64,000 bases of DNA from an uncultured Ignavibacteriales bacterium (GTDB taxonomy: Bacteria; Zixibacteria; MSB-5A5; GN15; FEB-12). The stretch is from the NCBI GenBank assembly GCA_964544635.1, contig CAZJCK010000002.1, forward strand, positions 29,388 through 93,387, in the 5' to 3' direction. Shown here one piece after another: positions 26,318-35,787 of this stretch. Both the position numbers and the translations under genes were made by a program. Position 1 is the stretch's first letter, and each line of letters opens with the position of its first letter. Under the pieces are notes generated by a model. The model searched no databases, had not been told where the DNA came from, and saw only the letters and a list, made by a program, of their open reading frames with translations.

Positions 26318-26914
26318 CGCCGCTTCGGTCGCGGTATCCCCAACGTAATACCAGTGCCATGATTCCCACCAGAGCGACTCGGGTGAAGCCTCCGGATAGC
26401 TCTCGCGAAAACCATACCGTGGGGCGTTCTTCTTCAGCCAGTCATATGCCGGGGTGAAGGCGAAGGCGGCCTCGGACGGCACGAGATCGAATGCCCGGCC
26501 GGTATGATGTTCCGAATAGCCGGGCGGCGCGACATGCTTGACAATGCGCTCGAACGGCTCTCCCTTCTTCAGCCGTCGCGAGATAATGCGACGCTGGAAA
26601 TCGGGGGAGCGATAGCCGGAATCGATCAGCAGATCAATGCTGTCCTTTTTGGCATCCTGTGCCATAGTCACGAAGGCGTCGCGCGCCTCCTTCAGCAGGT
26701 ATATGCGATACTCCTCGAAAGTAAACCGATCCGGCACCCGTGACAATTCGACCGGGTCGGCCCAGCTGGTCGAGTCGATCCAGCGCGCGCACCAGAACTC
26801 CGGAATGGCGTAGGTGCTGTCGTTGATCGCGAGCGAGTCGTTGCACGCCGGTTCGTCGGCCGCAACACCAGCCGCAACCAACAAGAGTACTGCGAGTTTC
26901 AGGACCTGGCGCAA
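26297..26914 (-). CDS. D-alanyl-D-alanine carboxypeptidase, VanY/peptidase M15B family
   Basis: Signal peptide, then SGYRSPDFQ...PPGYSEHHTGRAFDL (H-x6-D zinc site pattern of M15). TTG start at 26914. Confidence 0.75.
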   Translation of the reverse strand: MRQVLKLAVLLLVAAGVAADEPACNDSLAINDSTYAIPEFWCARWIDSTSWADPVELSRVPDRFTFEEYRIYLLKEARDAFVTMAQDAKKDSIDLLIDSGYRSPDFQRRIISRRLKKGEPFERIVKHVAPPGYSEHHTGRAFDLVPSEAAFAFTPAYDWLKKNAPRYGFRESYPEASPESLWWESWHWYYVGDTATEAASLGAGN

Positions 26915-26929
26915 GAGCGTGTCCGTTAT

Positions 26930-27406
26930 CTAACCGGTGTAACGGAGATTGGAGTTGGAGGAGGTCAGGATCGGCTCGTCGCTGGCATACCTGGCGGCCT
27001 CGACCTTGCCAATGAACAGCGAGTGATTACCGGTCGTGATCGCCTGTTCCAGGGTGCAGTCGAGGTAGCCGACCGCACCGGGGATGAGAGGCGATTTGGT
27101 TGCCGGGGCATCCTTGACATCGTATCCCTCCAGCTTCTCGTAGCCGGACTCGGCAGGACCGTAGTACGTCTTGACCACTGCTTCCTGCCCTTTGGCGATA
27201 AGATTGACCGCGAACGCCTTGTGCTTCTTGATCAGCGGCGCCGACTGGTGCTTGTTATGCACGGCCAGGGCGATCATGGGCGGTTCACTGGAAATCTGGG
27301 TCAGCCAGCTGGCGGTAAAGGCGTTGCCGGTCTCTCCCTGGCCCATCGTGACGACATAGACGCCATATTCAAGCTGTTTCAGTACTTTGGCGATATCTTC
27401 GGACAT
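26930..27406 (-). CDS. Flavin reductase-like FMN-binding protein
   Basis: YGVYVVT...GNAFTASWLTQISSEPPMIALAV...FAVNLI... pattern of the Flavin_Reduct domain. Confidence 0.7.
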   Translation of the reverse strand: MSEDIAKVLKQLEYGVYVVTMGQGETGNAFTASWLTQISSEPPMIALAVHNKHQSAPLIKKHKAFAVNLIAKGQEAVVKTYYGPAESGYEKLEGYDVKDAPATKSPLIPGAVGYLDCTLEQAITTGNHSLFIGKVEAARYASDEPILTSSNSNLRYTG

Positions 27407-27526
27407 ACATCAAATCCTTTCCGGTTGCTCCGTCTACCTGTTAACCAACTGGCTGTAGCATACATAACTGTCCGTCCCGGCGCAATGTTCAGTTCATGAA
27501 TGTAACGGCTTCCGAGAACGGATCTA

Positions 27527-27555
27527 CAAAAAAACGGCCGCCCGATGGGCGACCG
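27527..27555 (-). terminator. Rho-independent terminator after ferritin gene
   Basis: Minus strand CGGTCGCCC-atc-GGGCGGCCG followed by TTTTTTT. Confidence 0.8.
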
Positions 27556-27580
27556 CTTTGCATTCGCTTTTCAAGCGCTA

Positions 27581-28078
27581 CTACTTATTCTCGATCATGT
27601 GCCAGAGACGGTTCTCCAGCATGAAGAGCTGGCCCTTGGTTTCGGCCATGCTGACCATCTGCAACAGCTCGGTGGCCGAGGAGACCTCTTCAACCTGCTC
27701 GTCGACTTTCCAGCGGATGAAGTTCTCCGTAGCCAGATCGTTCTCGTCGCGGGCCAGGCGATTGATTTCGTGCACCTGTTTGGTCACCATCTTTTCGTGC
27801 TCGACGAATTGCTCGCAAATCTCCTTGAGCGACTTGTGGTCGATCTTGGGAGCGTCGATCGCCGTCAGCTTGACCTGGGCACCCTGGTCCAACAGGTAGT
27901 CGGCCAGCTTGGTGGCGTGCTCAATTTCCTCATCGGCCTGACGGAAGAAGTACTTGGCGAAAATCTTGAAGCCCATGTCTTCGCAGCTGTAGGCCATGGC
28001 GCGATAGGTCCAACTCGACCAGAATTCGTTCTTGATCTGTTCGTTGATGCGGTCAGCAACCTTTTGCGGAATCTGCAT
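27581..28078 (-). CDS. ftn: Non-heme bacterial ferritin
   Basis: 165 aa. Ferroxidase-centre pattern EFWSSWTYRAMA...EEIEHATKLADYL...FVEHEKMVT. GGAGG-type SD. Confidence 0.88.
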   Translation of the reverse strand: MQIPQKVADRINEQIKNEFWSSWTYRAMAYSCEDMGFKIFAKYFFRQADEEIEHATKLADYLLDQGAQVKLTAIDAPKIDHKSLKEICEQFVEHEKMVTKQVHEINRLARDENDLATENFIRWKVDEQVEEVSSATELLQMVSMAETKGQLFMLENRLWHMIENK

Positions 28079-28096
28079 TGTTATCTCCTCATTCTC

Positions 28097-28125
28097 AGCA
28101 TACGTTTAGATTGATACCAATCCAA
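28097..28125 (-). promoter_or_regulatory. Candidate ferritin promoter (TTGGAT-17 nt-TATGCT) with overlapping 14-bp near-palindrome GATTGGTATCAATC
   Basis: The rc of 28120-28125 is TTGGAT and the rc of 28097-28102 is TATGCT. The palindrome at 28109-28122 spans the -35 element and the spacer. Confidence 0.35.
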
Positions 28126-28285
28126 ACTTGACTGCTACTTGTTAAGTTCCCTGAATGTCGCCATTTAGCGGCCAAACGCAAGCACTTCCGGCGACTTTTC
28201 GCAACAGATGAAAGCCCCTTTCAATTGCCGGTCGGCCAGCGCGGCCGATTGAAATGCACTTTCGGTTACGGATTGTTCTAAATAG

Positions 28286-28314
28286 AAAAAAGCGCCCGCA
28301 ATCACGGGCGCTTT
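28286..28314 (-). terminator. Rho-independent terminator after pepF
   Basis: Minus strand AAGCGCCCG-tgatt-GCGGGCGCTT followed by a T run. Confidence 0.8.
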
Positions 28315-28336
28315 GGTATGATATCGTTGGCGACGT

Positions 28337-30211
28337 TTAGCCTTCGTTCAGCAGTTGTTCCATCTGATCAACCAGTTCGGCAAACAGCGCAATGGTGCGG
28401 TCGATCGGTTCCGGTGTGGTCATGTCGACGCCGGCATCCTTGAGAATGTCGACCGGGTACTTGGAGCGACCGGTCGAGAGAAACTGCATGTAGGTATCGA
28501 GCGCGCCCGGTTCTTCGTCGAGGATCTTCTGCGACAGCATCTGTGCGGCGGCATAGCAGGTAGCATACTGGTAGACATAGAACTGACGGTAGAAGTGGCC
28601 GATACGCATGCCGCCCATATCGTTGAGCGAATCGATGACCAGTTCCGGACCCCAGTATTTCTGGTAGATGTCGCGATAGGTCTTGCGGAAATAATCGGCC
28701 GAGAAGGACTCACCCGCCTCGACCCGTGCGTGAATCGCCATCTCGAATTCGCTGAACATCACCTGCGTGTAGAAGGTACCGATGATCTGCTCGATGTAGT
28801 AGTTCAGCAGGGCGATCTTCTCCTCACGCGATTCGACATTTTGCAGCATGTATTTCATCAGCACCGCTTCGTTGCAGGTCGACGCTACCTCGGCCACAAA
28901 CAGGGAATGACCACTGTTGCGATACGGTTCGTTGCGATTGGTGTAGTAGCTGTGCATGGCGTGGCCCATCTCATGCGCCAGCGTGAAAATGTCGCCAAGC
29001 TGCTGGTTGTAGTTGAGAAGCACATAGGGATGTATCGAATAGGTTCCCCATTGATACGCACCCGAGCCCTTGCCTTCACTTTCAAAAACGTCGATCCAGC
29101 CGGAGGTCAGGCCCTTTTCGAAGTCGCTCAGGTAGCGATTACCCATCGGCTCGAGACCCTCGAGCACCATCTCCCTGGCTTCATCATATTCGTACTCACG
29201 CTTCATCTCGGGGAGCACCGGCACCCACATGTCGTAGGTGTAAAGGGTGTCGACACCGAGCAGCCGTTTGCGGATCGACGCCCACTTGTGCAGCGGCGCG
29301 AGGTTGGCATTGACGGCATCGATGAGGTTGTGGAAGACGTCGGTCGGGATGTTATCGTTGCTCAGGCCCATGTCGAGGCAGCTCTCATAGCCGCGCGCCT
29401 GCATGTAGAAGTAATCCTTCTTGACCGACCCGCCCAGCGTGGCAGCCAGCGCATTGATGTAATTCTGGTAGGCCTTGTTGTACGCCTGGTTGGCGTCGCG
29501 GCGAACCCGGCGGTCGCTTGATTCGAGGAATGCCGCGTAGCGCTGCTTGGACAGCGCCACCAGGTTGGAATCTTCATCGTAGATCTCACCGTATGAGATG
29601 TCGGCGTCGTTGATCATGTTGAAGACGTGTGACGGCGTCGATGCCACCGGGCCGGCCTGGGCCAGCAGTTCCTCCTGCTCCGCCGACAGGATGTGCTCCT
29701 TCTGGCGGATCAGATTCTCGAGGTAGAAGCGGTACTGATCCATCTCCGGATTCTTCGCCAGCATCGAGCGAAGTTCATCGTTGTCGATAGCCAGGATTTC
29801 CGGCTCGATGTAGGCCGTCGCCTGTGAGTACTTGGAATAGAGGCTGGCGATCTTGCCCGCCTGCTCCTGGTTGGCACTGATCCGGTTGTCTTCGTCGAGC
29901 TTCAGGTAAGCGTACACATACAGGTTGTCGCCGATCAGCTCGACCGAGTCCTTCACCTGCAGGCACTCCAGCAGCATATCGGGATCGTCGAGCGTGCCCT
30001 GGTATTTGGCGAATAATTCAATGCCGTTCTTGAAACGCTCAAAGTCGGCCTCCCAGGCTGCCTGGTCGGCAAAAATGTCGGTCAAATCCCACTTGTACTC
30101 ATCGGGGATGTCAGAACGCTGGCGCAGAGCACCGTCGTCGGCAACTGCCAACGCTGCCAGTGACATGGCCAGACCGAGCACAAGAATCAGTGGACGATTG
30201 AGGCGGGACAT
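28337..30211 (-). CDS. pepF: Oligoendopeptidase F (peptidase M3B) with N-terminal signal peptide
   Basis: HEMGHAMH zinc motif in an M3B-sized protein. ATG at 30211 (MSRLNRPLILVLGLAMSLAALAVADDG) with a GGAGAG SD. Confidence 0.85.
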   Translation of the reverse strand: MSRLNRPLILVLGLAMSLAALAVADDGALRQRSDIPDEYKWDLTDIFADQAAWEADFERFKNGIELFAKYQGTLDDPDMLLECLQVKDSVELIGDNLYVYAYLKLDEDNRISANQEQAGKIASLYSKYSQATAYIEPEILAIDNDELRSMLAKNPEMDQYRFYLENLIRQKEHILSAEQEELLAQAGPVASTPSHVFNMINDADISYGEIYDEDSNLVALSKQRYAAFLESSDRRVRRDANQAYNKAYQNYINALAATLGGSVKKDYFYMQARGYESCLDMGLSNDNIPTDVFHNLIDAVNANLAPLHKWASIRKRLLGVDTLYTYDMWVPVLPEMKREYEYDEAREMVLEGLEPMGNRYLSDFEKGLTSGWIDVFESEGKGSGAYQWGTYSIHPYVLLNYNQQLGDIFTLAHEMGHAMHSYYTNRNEPYRNSGHSLFVAEVASTCNEAVLMKYMLQNVESREEKIALLNYYIEQIIGTFYTQVMFSEFEMAIHARVEAGESFSADYFRKTYRDIYQKYWGPELVIDSLNDMGGMRIGHFYRQFYVYQYATCYAAAQMLSQKILDEEPGALDTYMQFLSTGRSKYPVDILKDAGVDMTTPEPIDRTIALFAELVDQMEQLLNEG

Positions 30212-30320
30212 AATCTCTCCTTCTACTTGCTTTTTCACCCGTGCGGGCGAACATTCGTGGCTGTACAGATAGACGTGAATATACACAATTAGTTATAAAA
30301 GATGGAGTACTCAGTTTCTC

Positions 30321-30743
30321 ATGCCTGATAAAATGTTTCGCCATGAGGCCCCGGTCCGCCTGCACCTGACCGATGCCGCCGGGGTCCTGTTTTTTGGCAG
30401 TTATTTCACCCTGGCTCACGATGCCTATGAATCGTTCATGGAATCAATCGATTGCCGCTTTGAAGAGATCTTTACACAAAGCGACTTCCTCATCCTGATC
30501 GTCCACGCCGAGGGGGACTACAAGGCCCCGCTGTATACCGGCGATCAGCTGGTGATCGACCTGACGTGCGGACGCCTGGGCGGCCGGTCGTACAGTTTGG
30601 ATTACGAGATCAAGCGGGACGGTCAGGTGGTGGCAAGGATGAACACCGTGCATGTCTGTGTGGATAAAGAGTCGAAGAAATCACGGTCGCTTCCGGATAA
30701 GCTGCGCACGCAGCTGGCGGCGATCAGCCCGACCTGCGACTAA
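30321..30743 (+). CDS. Hotdog-fold acyl-CoA thioesterase (4HBT family); candidate 1,4-dihydroxy-2-naphthoyl-CoA hydrolase
   Basis: 140 aa. VRLHLTDAAGVLFFGSYFTLAHDAYESF has the catalytic-Asp pattern of 4HBT. It is convergent with and abuts menE. Confidence 0.6.
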   Translation: MPDKMFRHEAPVRLHLTDAAGVLFFGSYFTLAHDAYESFMESIDCRFEEIFTQSDFLILIVHAEGDYKAPLYTGDQLVIDLTCGRLGGRSYSLDYEIKRDGQVVARMNTVHVCVDKESKKSRSLPDKLRTQLAAISPTCD

Positions 30744-32158
30744 CCAAGACGCTCGCGAACCAGCCGGGTGGCTTCGGCGCGTGACGGTTTGATGCCGCGA
30801 TCAGCCAGTTCGTCCGGCCAGGAAATCAACTGACGCGGGATGGCGTAGCGCGGCAGCACTTGAGCAAGCTGGGCCAGCACGACCGGTTCGTCTTTCGGCG
30901 AGTCGAGCCAGCGAATCATGGCGACCGGCAGCCGGCCAAACTCTTCATCCGGCACCCCGACCACCATGGCATCGTCGATACCGTCCAGACGGACCAGGGC
31001 ACTCTCGATCAGTTCCGGCTGAATGTTTTCTCCACCGGACTGAAAGCGACTGTCGACGCGGCCAATGATTGTCAGGCGATCGCCCTCGTCGAGTCGACCG
31101 ATATCACCGGTGGCATACCATTCCATCGGGTCGAGCGGCGACGGCTGCCCGCCCTCGAGCATCCCCCAGAAACGTGTCTCTCCCCGCACCTCGACCTCCC
31201 CTTCGTCGGTAATGCGCATGTGGCGATACGGCAGCAGGCGGCCGGAGGTAGTGCAATCGTCGCCCGGAGGCGTGGTGCAGACCTGCGACGACATTTCGGT
31301 CAGGCCGTAGCTGGTGTGAATCGGCAGGTCGGCATCGTGCGCCCGCTTTATCAAGTCGGGTGGCACGGCGGCGCCGCCGATCAGAATTGCCTTTGCCTGT
31401 TTTGCCATGCGACGGGTCGTCGACTCATCATCGAGCAACCGGCGCAACTGTGTCGGCACCAGCGACAGGTGAGTGACGCCTTCGGGAACGGCCGACATCG
31501 ATGGATTTTCCGGAAGTACCACCGCAGCACCGGCAAGGGCGCAGCGAAAGACGATACTGAGGCCGCCGACATGGTACAGCGGCAGCGACACCAGCCAGGC
31601 ATCCCCCTCGCCTACTTCGATGTTTTCGTTCGATCCGAGTGCCGAGTAGAAGTGATTGCCGATCGAATGGATGATGGCTTTCGGTTTGCCGGCAGTGCCG
31701 GATGTCAGGATAACCGTCGCCGGCTTCTCAAACGGCAGGAGTGTGGGTGACTGCGACGACACTGAAAGACGTTCGAGCGGCGGCAGCACGGTAGTGCGGA
31801 TGCCCTCGGCCTTTGGTACGCTGTTGTCTTCAGTCAGCCGCAGCACCGAACTGCATCCCATTTCGTGCAGGCTGGCCAGCGCCGCCGGTTCAGGCAGGCG
31901 CGAATTGACCAGGCAGGCCATGGCCCCGAGCCGCAGGATCGACCAGAAGCCGATGATGAATTCCGGGCGATTGGCCGACACGATACCGATGCGATCGTCG
32001 GGGGTCAGTTTCTGCGTGAGCAGGAAGTCGGCGGCGGCGATGATCTTCCGGTCATACTCCTCAAAGGTGTACTCGATACCGGGCGCTCGAAGCGCAATGG
32101 TGTCGCCAAACTGCCGGGCCATGCGATTGAGATCGAGAACAGTATCAAGCACGGTCAA
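30740..32158 (-). CDS. menE: o-Succinylbenzoate-CoA ligase MenE (AMP-binding family)
   Basis: LTSGTAGKPKA, YGLTE and the GD..R...G-type AMP-binding motifs, in men operon context. The track start at 32158 is a TTG; an alternative ATG is at 32122. Confidence 0.8.
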   Translation of the reverse strand: MTVLDTVLDLNRMARQFGDTIALRAPGIEYTFEEYDRKIIAAADFLLTQKLTPDDRIGIVSANRPEFIIGFWSILRLGAMACLVNSRLPEPAALASLHEMGCSSVLRLTEDNSVPKAEGIRTTVLPPLERLSVSSQSPTLLPFEKPATVILTSGTAGKPKAIIHSIGNHFYSALGSNENIEVGEGDAWLVSLPLYHVGGLSIVFRCALAGAAVVLPENPSMSAVPEGVTHLSLVPTQLRRLLDDESTTRRMAKQAKAILIGGAAVPPDLIKRAHDADLPIHTSYGLTEMSSQVCTTPPGDDCTTSGRLLPYRHMRITDEGEVEVRGETRFWGMLEGGQPSPLDPMEWYATGDIGRLDEGDRLTIIGRVDSRFQSGGENIQPELIESALVRLDGIDDAMVVGVPDEEFGRLPVAMIRWLDSPKDEPVVLAQLAQVLPRYAIPRQLISWPDELADRGIKPSRAEATRLVRERLG

Positions 32159-33227
32159 TCTCCGTCAGTTTGCTCCGATCGACGTTGCCCGTCGTTATCG
32201 GCAATTGTTTGAGATCGATACTGCCGTTATCGATTGCAACCGGCGCGTCGAGCAGATCGTCCATCAGCCATGCGGCCGAGTCGAACCCGGCGGCAACATC
32301 GCGGTCGTTCACACTCGCTGCCAGCCAGATATGTGGCAACAGCCCAACGCCGCTGCAGAAGGCAGCACTGATGGTGGCAGCAATCGATAGCTGGCCGGCA
32401 ATGTCGCAAAGTCGACAGGCTTTAGAGAAGCCCAGTATTGTCGGCTTTACGACAATGGCCGCGGTACCGCCCCCGAAAAACGCCAGTTCATCGGGGCGAA
32501 GGTCCGACAGTGTTTCGTCCAGGGCAACCGGCAACAGCGGCACCAGATCGGGGTAGACGCCGAACAGCTTGCGAATGCTCTCGATTGGTTCTTCAATATA
32601 TTCGATGTCATATGCAACAACGGCGCGGGCGAACTGTTCGTACGAATCCGGTGTCATCGAACGGTTGGCATCCAGACGCAGCGCTATCGAATCGCCGGCG
32701 AGTTTCCGAACTTCCCCGACTATACGAATATCGTCGCGCACATCACGCCGGCCTACCTTAAGCTTGAGGGTGGCGTAACCCTCGGCCACCAGCCGTTCGG
32801 TACGCTCATAAATCTGCTCCTCGCTGCCGATCAACAGGCCGTTGACTGATACTGTCGGTCTGTGATCGGGGCGCAGCAGCGCCGGCGGCGAGGTGCCTGC
32901 ATCGAGCGCCCGCAGCTGTTGCAGCGAACTCTCGATGGCGAAAGCTACCGACGGCGGCGCCAGGTCCGGCACATCAGCATGGATGTCGTGGCCTGGCAGT
33001 TGCGGCAGGACGGCCCGGGCGGCGCCGGTTGCCTGCGCCAGTGACTCATAACTGAAACCGGGCAGCGGGCAGATGTCGCCGAAAACCGTCAGCCTGTCGT
33101 CGCAGCTTATCTCCAAAAGCAAGCCGTCTCGATGGGTCAGCGTTTGTCCCTTCAATTGCAGTTGGCGCAGCAGCGGCAGACGATACGAATAGACGGCAGC
33201 CGATTGAACCTTCCTGTTTGTATTCAC
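32145..33227 (-). CDS. menC: o-Succinylbenzoate synthase MenC (enolase superfamily)
   Basis: QSAAVYSYRLPL...GDICPLPGFSYE...LKLKVGR...LRLDAN...IEEP. The GTG at 33227 overlaps the menA stop (GTGA). The longer track ORF overlaps menA. Confidence 0.8.
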   Translation of the reverse strand: MNTNRKVQSAAVYSYRLPLLRQLQLKGQTLTHRDGLLLEISCDDRLTVFGDICPLPGFSYESLAQATGAARAVLPQLPGHDIHADVPDLAPPSVAFAIESSLQQLRALDAGTSPPALLRPDHRPTVSVNGLLIGSEEQIYERTERLVAEGYATLKLKVGRRDVRDDIRIVGEVRKLAGDSIALRLDANRSMTPDSYEQFARAVVAYDIEYIEEPIESIRKLFGVYPDLVPLLPVALDETLSDLRPDELAFFGGGTAAIVVKPTILGFSKACRLCDIAGQLSIAATISAAFCSGVGLLPHIWLAASVNDRDVAAGFDSAAWLMDDLLDAPVAIDNGSIDLKQLPITTGNVDRSKLTEIDRA

Positions 33228-34129
33228 AACAGCCACCCCACCGAAAAGAAGAGAGAGTACATGACAAGCAGCCGCCCGGTGGCAGCAAGCACATCGTTGA
33301 GGACACGGCCGGACTGGGTGAAGACCGTGCGAATCGGCGCGATGGCGGATATCGCTGTCAGCAGCGCCAGCAGCACCCACCAGCGAGGCGGCGTAAGCGT
33401 GAGAGCCACTGCCACCGGGAGTATGATACCGGCCGAGATGCTTATGGTATATTCCCATTTTGCGAAGGTCGCTCCAAAGCGTACGGCCAGGGTACGTTTG
33501 CCGCTCTTGCGATCGCCGACAATGTCGCGCAGGTTGTTGACCGTCAAGATACCAACCGAGAACAAACCGGGCGCCAGGCCGACGACAGCGGCAACCCACG
33601 AAAACTCAAGCGCCTGAACATAATGCGTGCCGGCGACTGCGACCGGGCCGAAGAAGAACAGAACGAAGATTTCACCGAGCCCGTTGTACCCAAGCGGGTA
33701 AGGGCCGCCGGTGTAGAGCACGCCGAACAAAATAGATGACAGGCCGATGATAACGATCGGCCAGCCGCCGCGCCCGACCAAATAGATACCGGCGACGAAG
33801 GCGAGGCCGAAAGCAATGATGGTAGCACGTTTCATCGCCTCAGGCGTCACCCAGCCGGCCTGGGTAGCGCGGGTCGGACCAAGACGTTCCCCGGCGTCGG
33901 CGCCGGCACGATAGTCGAAGTAATCGTTGGCATAGTTGGTGGCGACTTGAATCATGATGGCGCCGACCAGCGCTGCCAGCGCCGCCAACAGGTGAAAGCC
34001 GTCATCTCCCAGCGCGAGGGCGGTGCCCATGACAACCGGTCCGACTGCCGCGCCGAGTGTTTTCGGTCGTGCCGCCAGCAGCCACGCGGTCATGCCGGTG
34101 GGATGTTCTACTGCAGCCTTACTGCTCAT
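33224..34129 (-). CDS. menA: 1,4-dihydroxy-2-naphthoate polyprenyltransferase MenA (UbiA family)
   Basis: ATG at 34129 (MSSKAAVEHP...WLLAARPKTL). NDYFDYRAGAD Asp-rich motif and multiple TM helices. The track N-terminal extension overlaps menB. Confidence 0.85.
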   Translation of the reverse strand: MSSKAAVEHPTGMTAWLLAARPKTLGAAVGPVVMGTALALGDDGFHLLAALAALVGAIMIQVATNYANDYFDYRAGADAGERLGPTRATQAGWVTPEAMKRATIIAFGLAFVAGIYLVGRGGWPIVIIGLSSILFGVLYTGGPYPLGYNGLGEIFVLFFFGPVAVAGTHYVQALEFSWVAAVVGLAPGLFSVGILTVNNLRDIVGDRKSGKRTLAVRFGATFAKWEYTISISAGIILPVAVALTLTPPRWWVLLALLTAISAIAPIRTVFTQSGRVLNDVLAATGRLLVMYSLFFSVGWLL

Positions 34130-34149
34130 GATAGTATCATACTTCGTAC

Positions 34150-34971
34150 TTACGGCCGGCGCGGGAACTTCGAGAAGTCGGGTTTGCGTTTTTCGATAAA
34201 GGCGTTGCGACCCTCCTGGCCCTCTTCGGTCATGTAGTAGAGCATGGTAGCGTTGCCCGCCAGCTCCTGCAACCCGGCCTGGCCGTCGCAGTCGGCATTG
34301 AATGCCGACTTGAGGCAGCGAATCGCGATCGGTGAGTTGCCGAGGATCTCCTTGCAGCACTGCACCGTTTCTTCTTCCAGCTTGTCGTATGGTACGACGG
34401 TATTGACCAGTCCCATCTCGAGCGCCTGCCGGGCGTTGTACTGGCGGCACAGGTACCAGATCTCGCGCGCCTTCTTCTGCCCGATGATACGGGCCATATA
34501 ACTGGCGCCGTAGCCGCCGTCGAACGACCCGACCTTCGGCCCGGTCTGGCCGAAGATGGCGTTGTCGGCGGCGATCGTCAGGTCGCACATGACGTGCAGC
34601 ACGTGGCCGCCGCCGATGGCGTATCCCGCCACCATGGCGATGATCGGCTTGGGGCAGGTTCGCATCTGGCGCTGGAAATCGAGGACATTGAGACGGTTGA
34701 CACCCTTGTCGTCGCGATACCCCGCTTCGCCGCGAATCTTCTGGTCGCCACCGGAACAAAACGCCTTCTCCCCTTCGCCGGTGAGAATGATCACACCAAT
34801 CGTTTCATCCTCTCGGGCATCGGCAAGGGCATCGGACATTTCGAACACCGTCTGCGGTCGGAAGGCGTTGCGCACCTCGGGACGGTTAATGGTGATCTTC
34901 GCGATCCCCTCGAACTTGTGGTACCGGATGTCTTCATACTGTCCGGCTGCCTGCCAGGCAATGCTGCTCAT
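34150..34971 (-). CDS. menB: 1,4-dihydroxy-2-naphthoyl-CoA synthase MenB (crotonase family)
   Basis: [28 protein letters not shown]...FCSGGDQK...[11 protein letters not shown]...GSFDGGYG. 273 aa. Confidence 0.93.
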   Translation of the reverse strand: MSSIAWQAAGQYEDIRYHKFEGIAKITINRPEVRNAFRPQTVFEMSDALADAREDETIGVIILTGEGEKAFCSGGDQKIRGEAGYRDDKGVNRLNVLDFQRQMRTCPKPIIAMVAGYAIGGGHVLHVMCDLTIAADNAIFGQTGPKVGSFDGGYGASYMARIIGQKKAREIWYLCRQYNARQALEMGLVNTVVPYDKLEEETVQCCKEILGNSPIAIRCLKSAFNADCDGQAGLQELAGNATMLYYMTEEGQEGRNAFIEKRKPDFSKFPRRP

Positions 34972-34986
34972 AGCGTATCTCCATCG

Positions 34987-35787
34987 TTACGTAACTGTTT
35001 TCATCATTGTATCGATCGCCGCAGCGACACGATCGGGCTGTTCGGCATGGACATTATGACCGGCGCCGGAAACTACTTCGACCCTGGCCTGCGGCATTCG
35101 AACCGCCATGGTGTCGGCTATGGTTCGAAACTTACGGTCTTGCGCGCCGACAAGCAACAGTGTCGGGATGTCGATATCGATCAACCGGTCCCACAGCGGC
35201 GGCATGACGCCAGTACCGAGATGCTCGAGCGACATCGCCAGGCCGTGCGGATCGTTGTCGCGCCGTCGGGCAATGACCCGGGATCGTTCCTCTGCCGACA
35301 GGTCGGCAAAGACAGGCTGTGCGTACCAGCGGTCGAGAAACCGTCGCATATCGCCATTCTCGAGCAGGCGGCGCCATTCCAGATCCGAGGCTACTCGAAT
35401 TGCCCGTTCCGTTTCCGTCGCCAAACCGGGCCCGGCCGACTCCAGCACGGCACACCGAAAGCGATGCGGATTCTGCGTGAGCAGGTACAACGCCAATCGT
35501 CCGCCCATGGAATAGCCGTACAGGCCGCAGCGCTCAATACCGTTGGCATTGAGCACTTCCAATGTTTTCTGCGCCGTGGCGGGAAAACTGTAGTCGTCGG
35601 GATTCGCTGATCGCGACTGACCGTGGCCCGGCAGGTCGACAGCGATACAACGATAACGGCCCGCCAGAATCCGGGCAACTCCACCCGCTTCAACATACTC
35701 CGTACTGCTGCCCATGAAACCGTGCAGGAGGAGCACTGGCGCTCCCTCGCCGGCCTGCTGATGATACAGTGTCAGCCCTTCGGTCAT
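34987..35787 (-). CDS. menH: SHCHC synthase MenH (alpha/beta hydrolase)
   Basis: LLLHGFMGS and the GYSMGGRLAL nucleophile elbow. ATGA overlap with the menD stop. Confidence 0.8.
   Translation of the reverse strand: MTEGLTLYHQQAGEGAPVLLLHGFMGSSTEYVEAGGVARILAGRYRCIAVDLPGHGQSRSANPDDYSFPATAQKTLEVLNANGIERCGLYGYSMGGRLALYLLTQNPHRFRCAVLESAGPGLATETERAIRVASDLEWRRLLENGDMRRFLDRWYAQPVFADLSAEERSRVIARRRDNDPHGLAMSLEHLGTGVMPPLWDRLIDIDIPTLLLVGAQDRKFRTIADTMAVRMPQARVEVVSGAGHNVHAEQPDRVAAAIDTMMKTVT

Noticed and set aside
28219-28254. Imperfect inverted repeat TTTCAAT...ATTGAAA enclosing a GC-rich core, between the pepF terminator and the ferritin promoter
   Set aside because: The arms pair only partly in the GC-rich core and no U-tract follows on either strand. 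I cannot tell a regulatory structure from chance, so it is not called.
33224-34759. Track ORF of 511 aa (menA) with a 210-aa Arg/Pro/Gly-rich N-terminal extension. The same applies to 35784-37790 (menD), 32145-33599 (menC), 46523-49009 (kinase), 11397-12302, 38918-39808 and 43269-43841.
   Set aside because: The extensions overlap the upstream gene in another frame and have non-protein-like composition. Internal ATG or GTG starts that coincide with the upstream stop (ATGA/GTGA) or follow an SD give proteins beginning where the families normally begin.
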